Numbered from the stretch's first letter, positions 1 through 10,084 are shown. The stretch: 24,000 nt of DNA from Streptomyces sp. NPDC005811 (GCF_040630405.1 NZ_JBEXXK010000051.1:46112-70111); one strand, 5' to 3'. Notes: generated from the letters alone by a model not told the origin. Numbers and translations: made by a program.

Positions 1-1468
1 CCTTCTCCGTGATCAGACGGGAGCCCTTGAACCGCTTGTGCAGGGAGACGGCACCGTCGTACGGGGTGGCCGCGTCCCGCTCGGACTGCACGATCAGCAC
101 GCCCGGCAGGCCCTTGTGGGTCTTGACCTCGACCGGGGTCTGCTGCTTGGCCGACCAGTAGGCGCACGGCAGGTTCATCCAGGCGTTGGCCCAGGTCAGG
201 AACGGGTAGTCCTTGTTCAGCCGGGTGTTGTCGGCGTTCCACTTGCGCCAGCTGGTGGGCCACTTGGCGTCGGTGCACTCGACGGCCGTGTAGACCGCGT
301 TGCCGTTCTCCGCGGTGATGTTGCCGGCCGTGTCCGTCAGGTCCGGGGCGGCCGCGTCGACGAGCGCCTGGGTGTCCCCGGCGAAGTACTTGCTGAAGAC
401 CGTCGCCACCGGGATCCACGAGGAGTCGTAGTACGGGGCGCCCTGGAAGAACGAGATCAGCTCGGCCGGGCCGACCAGTCCGCCGATGGGGTGCTTCTTG
501 GCGGTGGCGCGCAGCTCCAGCCACTTGGCCTGGACGGCGGCGCGGGTGGTGCCGAGGTGGAAGGTCGCGTCGTTGGCGGCGACCCAGTCCTGCCAGTCCT
601 TCCAGCGGCCCTCGAACGCGACGTCCTGGTCGAGGTTGGCCTCGTACCAGATCTTCTCGCGGGAGGGGTTGACCACGCTGTCGACCACCATGCGGCGGAC
701 GTGGCCCGGGAAGAGGGTGCCGTACACGGCGCCGATGTAGGTGCCGTAGGAGACGCCCAGGTAGTTGAGCTTCTTCTCGCCGAGGGCGGCGCGGATGACG
801 TCCAGGTCGCGCACGGTGTTCGGCGTGGTCATGTACGGCAGCATCTCGCCGCTGCGCTCGTTGCAGCCGTCGGCGTACGCACGGGCGAGCTTGATCTGGG
901 CGAGCTTGTCGGCCTCGTTGTCCGGGACCGGGTCCGCCTTGGGCGCCTTGACGAACTCCTGCGGGTCGGCGCAGGAGATGGGCGCGGAGTGGCCGACGCC
1001 GCGGGGGTCGAAGCCGACGAAGTCGTAGGCCTTGGCGACGTTCGCCCAGATCGCGTTCTTGGTGGTGACGCGGCGCGGGAAGCGCATACCGGAGCCGCCG
1101 GGGCCGCCCGGGTTGTAGACGAGCGCGCCCTGGCGCTCCTTCTGGGTGCCCGTGTTGCCGATGCGGTCGACGGCGAGCTTGATCTTCTTGCCGTTGGGGC
1201 GGGCGTAGTCGAGCGGCACGGTGACCCAGCCGCACTGGATCGGCTTCTCCAGGCCCCAGTCGGCCGGGCAGTCCTGCCAGTCGATGCCGGCCTTGGCGGC
1301 GCGCTCCGCGGCGATCGCCGCACCCCGCTGTTCCCTGTCCTGTCCCGAACGGCCGCCGGCCGCGCTCGCGGTCGGCGCCGCGACCGCGGAGGCCATCAGC
1401 GTGGCGACGACGAGCGCGCCGGCCGAACCGAGCGCTGCGGTCCGTCTGTTCGGTCGTATGTCCCTCAA
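1..1468 (-). CDS. Secreted alpha/beta-hydrolase of the tripeptidyl-aminopeptidase (peptidase S33) type; C-terminal end cut by the window edge
   Basis: My own reverse-strand translation; it is missing from the ORF track because it runs off base 1. TTG start at 1468..1466, 7 nt after a GGGGAG Shine-Dalgarno. The N-terminus LRDIRPNRRTAALGSAGALVVATLMASAVAAPTASA looks like a signal peptide. Also present: LVYNPGGPGGSG, DPRGVGHS and the GVSYG nucleophile elbow (GxSxG). The frame stays open to base 1. Confidence 0.8.
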   Translation of the reverse strand, partial: MRDIRPNRRTAALGSAGALVVATLMASAVAAPTASAAGGRSGQDREQRGAAIAAERAAKAGIDWQDCPADWGLEKPIQCGWVTVPLDYARPNGKKIKLAVDRIGNTGTQKERQGALVYNPGGPGGSGMRFPRRVTTKNAIWANVAKAYDFVGFDPRGVGHSAPISCADPQEFVKAPKADPVPDNEADKLAQIKLARAYADGCNERSGEMLPYMTTPNTVRDLDVIRAALGEKKLNYLGVSYGTYIGAVYGTLFPGHVRRMVVDSVVNPSREKIWYEANLDQDVAFEGRWKDWQDWVAANDATFHLGTTRAAVQAKWLELRATAKKHPIGGLVGPAELISFFQGAPYYDSSWIPVATVFSKYFAGDTQALVDAAAPDLTDTAGNITAENGNAVYTAVECTDAKWPTSWRKWNADNTRLNKDYPFLTWANAWMNLPCAYWSAKQQTPVEVKTHKGLPGVLIVQSERDAATPYDGAVSLHKRFKGSRLITEK

Positions 1469-1602
1469 GTGGGCTTCTCCCCTACCTTGTTATGGCGGTA
1501 CAGCGATACGGCGGTAGGGGGATCCTCGCGGCTGTGAGGTGCCTGAGAAAAGGTGTGATTGACCTTCTTTGCCAATCCGATAACCGGAGAGGAAAGATCC
1601 GC

Positions 1603-2361
1603 TCAGCGGAGGCCGAGGCCGGTCAACGCCTCGTCCAGCACCCGCCGCAACCGTAGCCCGTCCGGTGCGACGGCGCTCACCAGCGCGGCGGGTCCGGCGA
1701 GCGGCACCAGGGCGGCGTGCTCGCCGAGGACCTGCGCGGCCACCGGATGTTTCGCGAACTCCGGTCTCACGATGACGAGTTGGCCGACGGCGCGCTGTCC
1801 GTCGAGCACGGCGGGGCCGTCCCAGCCGCCGGGGGCGCCGGGTCCGCAGGCCAGTTCCTGGTCGAGGACGGCCCGGCCGCCCACCCGGACCACGAGCCGG
1901 CTGGTGAGCCGCCCCGGCTCCTCCCCCACCCGGCCGAGAACCTGCTCCTCGCGCAGCACCAGACGGGCCCCGGGCGCGAGGTCGGCGCGGGTGGTGACGT
2001 ACAGGTCGCTGCCGCGCGCGGAGATCAACGGCTCGGGCAGCCAGTGCAGTTCGCCCTCGTCGGCGACATCGAGCCGGACGTCGTAGTGGGCGGCGTCCTT
2101 GATCTGCCCGGGCAGGGCGATCGTGGCCGCGGCAGAGCCCACCCTCAGCCGGGCCCCGCCGCCGACCCGCGCCTCGACCGCGAAGCGGTCCCCGCCGAGG
2201 GGGCCGCTCATCGCGCCCACGAGCACGACCCGGGCCTCGTCACCGGCGCCGCGGGTGCGGCGCAGCGCGAGCGGGCCGTCGCTCTCCAGGACGGGCAGGG
2301 CGGTTCCGCCGCGTCCGTCGGCCGTCGCCCCGATGCGCGCGACGGCACGCACTCCGCTCAT
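1603..2361 (-). CDS. ureD: Urease accessory protein UreD (UreH)
   Basis: 252-aa ORF whose start lies 1 nt after the ureG stop. It is the last gene of the ureABCFGD order. The sequence (GAMSGPLGGDRF..., LRVGSAAATIALPG) is UreD-like. Confidence 0.8.
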   Translation of the reverse strand: MSGVRAVARIGATADGRGGTALPVLESDGPLALRRTRGAGDEARVVLVGAMSGPLGGDRFAVEARVGGGARLRVGSAAATIALPGQIKDAAHYDVRLDVADEGELHWLPEPLISARGSDLYVTTRADLAPGARLVLREEQVLGRVGEEPGRLTSRLVVRVGGRAVLDQELACGPGAPGGWDGPAVLDGQRAVGQLVIVRPEFAKHPVAAQVLGEHAALVPLAGPAALVSAVAPDGLRLRRVLDEALTGLGLR

Positions 2362-2362
2362 C

Positions 2363-3040
<678 letters not shown>

Positions 3041-3091
3041 GGGACAACTCTCCTTCAGTAGAGATCTTTCAGCGCGTCCGGCGTGGGAGAC

Positions 3092-3766
3092 CTAGGAGGC
3101 GAACAAACGCACCGGCCACGCCGCGTGGGCCTGCGCGCCGATCTCCAGCAGGGGCGCGGACGCCGCCGGCAGCGCGTCGACCCCGGTGGTCCGTACGGCG
3201 GCGCCCGCCGTCACCGCCCGGTCGACGACGAGGTCCAGCTCCGGTGCCAGCCGGGCCAGGACGGCCGTCGCCTCGAACGGGTCCAGGCTGAGCAGCCGTA
3301 CGACCGCCGTCGCCGGGCCGCTCACGCTCTCGTACGCCGCGCAGTACGCCGCGTCCTCGGGCCCGAGTCCGGCCGCGCGTGCCGTCAGTCCCAGCACCAC
3401 CGGCTGGTGGGCGCCCTTGGGGAACTTCCCGGCCAGGGCGTCCAGTTCGGGACCGGGCCAGGTCGCGCGGGCGGCCCGCATCAGCTGGCGGCCCAGCCTG
3501 CGCGCGGCGAGCCGCAGCGCCGGGGACGGGGTGCGGGCGTCCGCCGCCGCGTCCAGTGCGGCCGGGTCGGCCCCGGCCGCCGCCGCGGCGGCGAGGGCGG
3601 CCGCGACGAGTCCGGCCGTGTGCAGCCGGCCCCGGCAGAAGGCCTCCAGGTCCGCCGCGCCGGTGATCCGGCCCGCCTTGACCGCCTCCTCCGCCCCGCC
3701 GGAGTGCGCGTGCCCTCCGGCGGGGAAGCGGCCGTCGGCCAGGACGAGCAGCGCTGCCCTGCCCAT
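3092..3766 (-). CDS. ureF: Urease accessory protein UreF
   Basis: 224-aa ORF between ureC and ureG. The N-terminus LLVLADGRFPAGGHAHSGG matches the UreF signature. The start ATG is the last of three TGATG stop/start overlaps. Confidence 0.85.
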   Translation of the reverse strand: MGRAALLVLADGRFPAGGHAHSGGAEEAVKAGRITGAADLEAFCRGRLHTAGLVAAALAAAAAAGADPAALDAAADARTPSPALRLAARRLGRQLMRAARATWPGPELDALAGKFPKGAHQPVVLGLTARAAGLGPEDAAYCAAYESVSGPATAVVRLLSLDPFEATAVLARLAPELDLVVDRAVTAGAAVRTTGVDALPAASAPLLEIGAQAHAAWPVRLFAS

Positions 3767-3793
3767 CAGATGCCCCCCATCAGATGCCGCCCA

Positions 3794-3794
<1 letters not shown>
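3767..3794. repeat. Two tandem 14-bp units (plus strand CAGATGCCSCCCAT; minus strand ATGGGSGGCATCTG) at the ureC/ureF junction
   Basis: Direct reading. Copies at 3767..3780 and 3781..3794, flanked by partial matches (GCCCAT at 3761..3766, CAGA at 3795..3798). Confidence 0.85.
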
Positions 3795-5507
<1,713 letters not shown>

Positions 5508-5515
<8 letters not shown>

Positions 5516-5819
5516 CGAGGGCTCCTCCGGTCTCCCCGCGCAGTCCGGGCACCACCCGGGCACCGGCCAGCGGGACGAGTTCCACCTCGACGGGGATGCC
5601 GGGCTCGAAGCGCACGGCGGTGCCGGCGGCGACGTTCAGCCGCAGGCCGCGGGCGGCCGCGCGGTCGAAGTCCAGACCGGGGTTGGCCTCGGCGAAGTGG
5701 TAGTGGGAACCGACCTGGACGGGCCGGTCGGCGGCGTTGAGGACGGTGAGCCGGGTGACCTCGCGGCCCTCGTTGCAGACGATCGGGTCCTCGGCGAAGA
5801 GGATCTCTCCGGGAATCAT
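5508..5819 (-). CDS. ureB: Urease beta subunit UreB
   Basis: The last 103 aa of ORF 5508..6143 begin [20 protein letters not shown] and include [14 protein letters not shown], which is typical UreB. ATG at 5819..5817. Confidence 0.92.
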
Positions 5820-5833
5820 GGCGGCCTCCCCTC

Positions 5834-6136
<303 letters not shown>

Positions 6137-6267
6137 GTCCCACCTCACATCCTCGCTCCGGACCGTGCGGGGCCCGGTTGCCGCAGCCACGAGGAAAAGC
6201 CCTGGTGGCGTGGAGGGGCAGGCTAGTTGGGGCGCATTTCGAGCACGTTAACCGAGCTGTGACCCAC

Positions 6268-6900
6268 TCAGGGGGTGCCCGGTCCCGGCTCCGGCACGCT
6301 CATGAGGGCGCGCAGTCCGTCGCCGAGCACCTCCACGGGCGCCGGTCCGAACAGTGACTGCTGGGCGATGAAGCCCAGCACGGACGCGATCATCGTGCGG
6401 GCCACGTGGTCGGGGTCCACGTCCGCGCGCATCGTCCCGGCGGCCTGGTAGGCCTCGACGATCCGCACCCAGGCCGCGCGCACCGAGCCGTAGCCCTCGC
6501 TCAGGACGGCCGAGAGCTCCTCGTTGCGCAGGGTCTCCGTCCAGACCTGGACGACGAGCCGGGGGAAGGCCGGCTTTCCGTCGACGGTCAGGGAGGCCCT
6601 GGCGGCGAGCGTGTGGCCCAGCACCTCGCCGACCAGGACGTCCGGGGGCGGCGGCGGGCCGGTGCGGGACGCCTCCTCGAAGGCGGCGCGGACCTGCTCG
6701 AGCACCTCGGAGACGATCGCGGCGATCAGCTCCTCCTTGCCGCTGAAGTAGCGGTACACCGCCCCGGCCGACAGGTCGACCTCCTTCAGTACGTCCTGCA
6801 TGGAGGTGGCGTGGAAGCCGTTGCGGGCGAAGCAGACGGCGGCGCCGTCGAGGATCTGCCGGCGGCGGGCGTCTAGGTGGGCCTGGGATACGCGTGCCAT
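6268..6900 (-). CDS. TetR-family transcriptional regulator
   Basis: Start set at [52 protein letters not shown] (TetR N-terminal HTH). Divergent from the membrane protein gene. Confidence 0.9.
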   Translation of the reverse strand: MARVSQAHLDARRRQILDGAAVCFARNGFHATSMQDVLKEVDLSAGAVYRYFSGKEELIAAIVSEVLEQVRAAFEEASRTGPPPPPDVLVGEVLGHTLAARASLTVDGKPAFPRLVVQVWTETLRNEELSAVLSEGYGSVRAAWVRIVEAYQAAGTMRADVDPDHVARTMIASVLGFIAQQSLFGPAPVEVLGDGLRALMSVPEPGPGTP

Positions 6901-6909
6901 GCCGCAAAC

Positions 6910-6988
6910 GTAAAACGAACATTCCTTCTTGACAAGCGACGACCGGAGGCGCACGGTGGGTCCACAAGTAAAACGAACGATCCTTCTT
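6910..6988. promoter_or_regulatory. Two 21-bp direct repeats (GTAAAACGAACATTCCTTCTT and GTAAAACGAACGATCCTTCTT) in the tetR/membrane-gene divergent region; candidate TetR operators
   Basis: Copies at 6910..6930 and 6968..6988, 19/21 identical. They are AT-rich islands in a GC-rich genome. The second copy contains the partial palindrome GAAcGATCcTTC. A TTGACA hexamer lies at 6929..6934. Confidence 0.4.
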
Positions 6989-7025
6989 TTTTAGTCCCGC
7001 ACCCGCCAGCCCCCAGGGGGAAGAC

Positions 7026-8015
7026 ATGTCCGCCACCCGGCGCCTGATCGCCGTCGTCCTGCTCGTCCCGACCCTCGCCGCCGTCGCGCTGTGGGCCTTC
7101 GCCTGGCCCGCCGCCCGCACGGCGCCCCGTGACCTGCCGCTCGGCGTGGCGGGCCCGGCCGCCGCGACGGCCCAGGTGGAGAAGCAGCTCGCCCGGCACG
7201 AGGGCGCCTTCGAGATCCACCGCTACCGCGACGAGGCCGCCGCCCGCGACGCCATCGAGGACCGGACCGTATACGGCGCGGTGGTCGTCACCGACCGGGG
7301 TCCGGAGCTGCTGACCGCCTCGGCCGCGAGCCCGGTGGTGGCCCAGCTGCTCCAGCAGGCGGTGGGCCGGCAGGCCGCCGCCGAGGGCACGGCGGTGAAG
7401 ACCGTGGACGTCGTCCCGGCCCCGGCGGCCGACCCGCGCGGCGCCGCCCTGAGCGCGAGCGTGCTGCCGCTGGCCCTGGCCGGGATCGTCGCGGGCGCGG
7501 TGGTGACGGTCCTGGGGCTGCGCGGGGTCCGCGCGGTGCTCGCGCTGACCGGTTCGGCCGTCCTGGTCGGGCTGGTGGCGGCGGCCGTGGCGGACAGCTG
7601 GCTGGGGGTGCTCACCGGCGACTGGTGGGCGGAGGCCTCGGTGTTCGGGCTGTCGACGCTCGCGGTGGCCGCGGCGGTGGCCGGCTGCGCGGCCCTGGTC
7701 GGCCCGGCGGGCATCGGTGCCATGTCGTTCCTGGTGATGTTCCTCGGCAACCCGTTCTCCGGGGCGGCCTCGGCCCCGCGGATGCTGCCCGAGCCGGCCG
7801 GGGCGATCGGTCAGTGGCTGCCGCCGGGCGCGGGCACCACGCTGCTGCGCTCGGTGTCGTTCTTCGACGGCGCGGCGGCGACCGGCCCCGCCCTCACCCT
7901 GGTCTGGTGGGCCGCCTTCGGCCTCGGCGCGGTCCTGCTGGGCGCCCAGCTGAAGGCGCGGAAGACCCCGGCCGGACCGGCCACCGAGCGCCGCACACCC
8001 GCACTCGTCGCCTGA
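7026..8015 (+). CDS. Integral membrane protein (N-terminal TM, extracytoplasmic domain, C-terminal multi-TM bundle; ABC-2/YhgE-Pip-like topology)
   Basis: 329-aa ORF with Shine-Dalgarno-like GGGGGAAG before the ATG. Hydrophobic segments include LIAVVLLVPTLAAVALWAF and several in the C-terminal half. GC3-rich codons. The family assignment is only by topology and resemblance. Confidence 0.7.
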   Translation: MSATRRLIAVVLLVPTLAAVALWAFAWPAARTAPRDLPLGVAGPAAATAQVEKQLARHEGAFEIHRYRDEAAARDAIEDRTVYGAVVVTDRGPELLTASAASPVVAQLLQQAVGRQAAAEGTAVKTVDVVPAPAADPRGAALSASVLPLALAGIVAGAVVTVLGLRGVRAVLALTGSAVLVGLVAAAVADSWLGVLTGDWWAEASVFGLSTLAVAAAVAGCAALVGPAGIGAMSFLVMFLGNPFSGAASAPRMLPEPAGAIGQWLPPGAGTTLLRSVSFFDGAAATGPALTLVWWAAFGLGAVLLGAQLKARKTPAGPATERRTPALVA

Positions 8016-8181
8016 CCGGCCCCCTCCCAGGCCGTGCACCCCGGTGCGCGGTCCCGCTGGCGCCCAGCCGAAGGCGCGGAAGACCCCGGCCGGACCGGCC
8101 ACCGAGCGCCGCACACCCGCACTCGTCGCCTGACCGGCCCCCTCCGCCCCCTCCCAGGCCGTGCACCCCGGTGGTGCGCGG
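7938..8181. repeat. Tandem duplication (period about 118 bp) of the 3' end, stop codon and downstream flank of the membrane protein gene
   Basis: A 76-bp perfect repeat: 7952..8027 equals 8070..8145. The flanks are imperfect. The second copy carries an extra CCCCCTCCG mini-duplication. Confidence 0.9.
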
Positions 8182-8193
8182 CCTTCGGCGTGC

Positions 8194-8517
8194 CTACGAC
8201 GGGTTCGGCCCCCGGTGTTCCGCGGCCGCCCCGCCCCGGTGTTCCGCCACGATCCCGAACCGGTGCTGTTCGCGGCGAGCGGACGCGACCTCGCGCACGG
8301 CGGAGACCGAGCCGATCACCGGCTCCTCCACGGGATGGTCCAGCTCCTCCGGCGACCGGTCCAGTTCGTCGAGTCGCTCCAGGTCGGCGGCGGAGACAAG
8401 GGCGACGAGGGGCTTGCCGTGCCGTGTCACGACGACGCGCTCACCGCCGTACACCACCCGGTTGATCAGGTCGGCGAGTTCAGCCCTGGCTTGCGTCACC
8501 GGAATCTCGTAGGCCAT
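8194..8517 (-). CDS. Phd/YefM-family type II antitoxin-like protein (no cognate toxin gene adjacent)
   Basis: The N-terminus MAYEIPVTQARAELADLINRVVYGGERVVVTRHGKPLVALVSAADLERL is the classical Phd/YefM fold signature. TAGAAT lies 6 nt upstream of the ATG, which suggests a leaderless mRNA. Confidence 0.8.
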   Translation of the reverse strand: MAYEIPVTQARAELADLINRVVYGGERVVVTRHGKPLVALVSAADLERLDELDRSPEELDHPVEEPVIGSVSAVREVASARREQHRFGIVAEHRGGAAAEHRGPNPS

Positions 8518-8590
8518 GACCCCATTCTAACGTCACGTACGTCCTGTACATTTTTTACAGATGCGCCAGACGCCCGAGGAGGGGTTCCCG

Positions 8591-9217
8591 ATGACCCGAC
8601 CGTCCGCCCGACACGTCCTGCCCGAGTTCACGGAACGCACGAGCCACGGACACCGCACGATGGATCCGTACAGCAAGCTGCTGGAGGAGCGGATCGTCTT
8701 CCTCGGCACACCGATCGACGACATCGCGGCGAACGACGTGATGGCCCAGCTCATGTACCTGGAGCACAAGGACCCGGACCGGGACATCGCGCTGTACATC
8801 AACTCCCCCGGCGGCTCGTTCGGCGCGATGACCGCGATCTACGACACCGTCCGGTACGTCACCTGTGACGTGGAGACGACCTGCCTGGGCCAGGCCGGCC
8901 CCTCGGCGGCGGTGCTGCTGGCGGCTGGCACGCCCGGCAAGCGGTTCGCGCTGCCGGGCGCCCGGATGGTGATCCGGCAGCCCGCGCTGCCCGAGCCCGT
9001 CGAGGGCCAGACCAGTGACCTGGCGATCCAGGCCGAGGAGCTGGCGCGCACCCGGGACCTGATGGAGGAGATGCTGGTACGGCACACCGGGCGCACTCCC
9101 GAACAGGTGACCGAGGACATCGAGCGGGATCTGATCCTGACCGCGCCTCAGGCCATGGCGTACGGGCTGGTGGACGGGGTCGTCCCCACCCGGCGCGACC
9201 TCTCCGGGGCGAGGTGA
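8591..9217 (+). CDS. clpP: ClpP-family protease subunit paralogue with non-canonical active-site residues
   Basis: Start set at ATG 8591, 8 nt after GAGGAGG. ClpP motifs [17 protein letters not shown] and YGLVDGV are present. Where canonical ClpP has GQAASMG and MIHQP, this protein has GQAGPSA and MVIRQP. From memory, the position matches the monocistronic clpP5 of S. coelicolor. Confidence 0.9.
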   Translation: MTRPSARHVLPEFTERTSHGHRTMDPYSKLLEERIVFLGTPIDDIAANDVMAQLMYLEHKDPDRDIALYINSPGGSFGAMTAIYDTVRYVTCDVETTCLGQAGPSAAVLLAAGTPGKRFALPGARMVIRQPALPEPVEGQTSDLAIQAEELARTRDLMEEMLVRHTGRTPEQVTEDIERDLILTAPQAMAYGLVDGVVPTRRDLSGAR

Positions 9218-9223
9218 GCCGCG

Positions 9224-9529
9224 GTGGTTCCCGACCTGCCGCCGCTGCCGGCGCTCACCCGCGCCGAGGCCGAGCTGATCGACCGCTATCTGGACGTGGT
9301 GGATCTGCTCGGGCGGATCAATCCCGCGCACGACGGTGACACCTACCGGGGCCTCAGGGCCGCCCAGGCGCTGGTGGCGAGGGCCATGGAGCTGCGCGAC
9401 GCCCTGACGCTGATGCATCAGCGGGGCGAGAGCGAACTCCACGCGCCGACCCTCGCGCGGGCGCTGCGCGTCCTGGACGGGGAGCGCCGCACCGCGCGCG
9501 TCACGGTCCCTCCGCTCTCCGACAGTTGA
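9224..9529 (+). CDS. Hypothetical small protein (101 aa), translationally coupled to the ClpP paralogue
   Basis: GTG start 6 nt after the clpP stop, with GAGGTGA as Shine-Dalgarno. GC3-rich codons. Predicted helical, with no motif I recognise. Confidence 0.5.
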   Translation: MVPDLPPLPALTRAEAELIDRYLDVVDLLGRINPAHDGDTYRGLRAAQALVARAMELRDALTLMHQRGESELHAPTLARALRVLDGERRTARVTVPPLSDS

Positions 9530-9875
9530 CGCACGCTCGTCCGGCCCGGAGCGTCGCCGCGCCGATCGCGACGTCCCGGCCGGACCTGAAACGCACCAGA
9601 CGGGTTACCCCCGTTCGGCGTAGCGGGGGCTCCTCTTGCGAGCGCGCGCATTGTGCCGAAGGCGCCGTTTTCCGGGGCGCCACAAGGGGTAGCGGCGCAG
9701 GTCGGGGGCCCTTTGGCGGCCTTGACACCTGATCCCCCATCAGGGTGTCCACCCGAACGGGTGAGTGGTGAGTAACCCCACAAATCACCGGTTCCATTGG
9801 GATTTTCGGTCAACGGTGAGTCAAGATCCGTGTCTGACGACAAGTCCCCGCCACAAGCGGCGGGGCGGTCCGGGC

Positions 9876-10068
9876 GGACGCCGAGTCCTGCCGCTGCCCG
9901 GATTGACCCGTCGACAGGAGTGCATCGGCAGGAGTGGAGGACCCAAGCACGACGGGTCGCCGGAACGGTCACGCCATGACCGGGCCGAGCAGCCCTTGGG
10001 GTGAAGCCGCGTGAGCGGCCGGGCACCTTTGTCAGCCCGAATCCGACAGGTCATCCTTCACAGGCGGT
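9876..10068 (+). promoter_or_regulatory. ydaO/yuaA-type cyclic-di-AMP riboswitch in the leader of the NlpC/P60 gene
   Basis: The conserved ydaO elements occur in the right order: CGCCGAGUCC, GAGUGGAGGACCCA, UUGGGGUGAAGCC, CCGGGCACC and CCCGAAUCCGACAGGU. A P1-like CGCC (9879..9882) can pair with GGCG (10063..10066). This riboswitch class is known upstream of actinobacterial cell-wall hydrolase genes. Confidence 0.75.
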
Positions 10069-10084
10069 TGACGAAGGGTTGCGC

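Noticed and set aside
38-1537. 499-aa plus-strand ORF
   Set aside because: This is a shadow ORF antisense to the aminopeptidase gene. Its Arg/Gly/Val/Asp-rich low-complexity translation has no motifs, while the opposite strand gives a coherent signal peptide plus GxSxG hydrolase.
1469-1602. Intergenic region between ureD and the aminopeptidase gene, checked for a terminator or promoter
   Set aside because: It holds only weak stems and a TTGGCA hexamer without a convincing -10. That is not enough to call a feature.
6873-8114. 413-aa minus-strand ORF, plus the other ORFs overlapping 7026..8166
   Set aside because: They are antisense or off-frame to the membrane protein gene and run through the tandem duplication. 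The translations are Arg/Gly/Pro-rich with no domain features.
8527-8537. 11-mer CTAACGTCACG shared between the antitoxin/clpP intergenic region (8527..8537) and the bioF/bioB intergenic region (13636..13646)
   Set aside because: An 11-mer recurring once in 24 kb on two strands is within chance expectation. In both places it overlaps a plausible -10 hexamer (TAGAAT / TAGGGT) on the minus strand, so it is probably just promoter-like sequence and not a shared operator.
9418-10054. ORFs of 60-202 aa on both strands within the 9530..10084 gap
   Set aside because: They have poor codon bias and no motifs, and they overlap the riboswitch and structured leader. I treat the region as non-coding.
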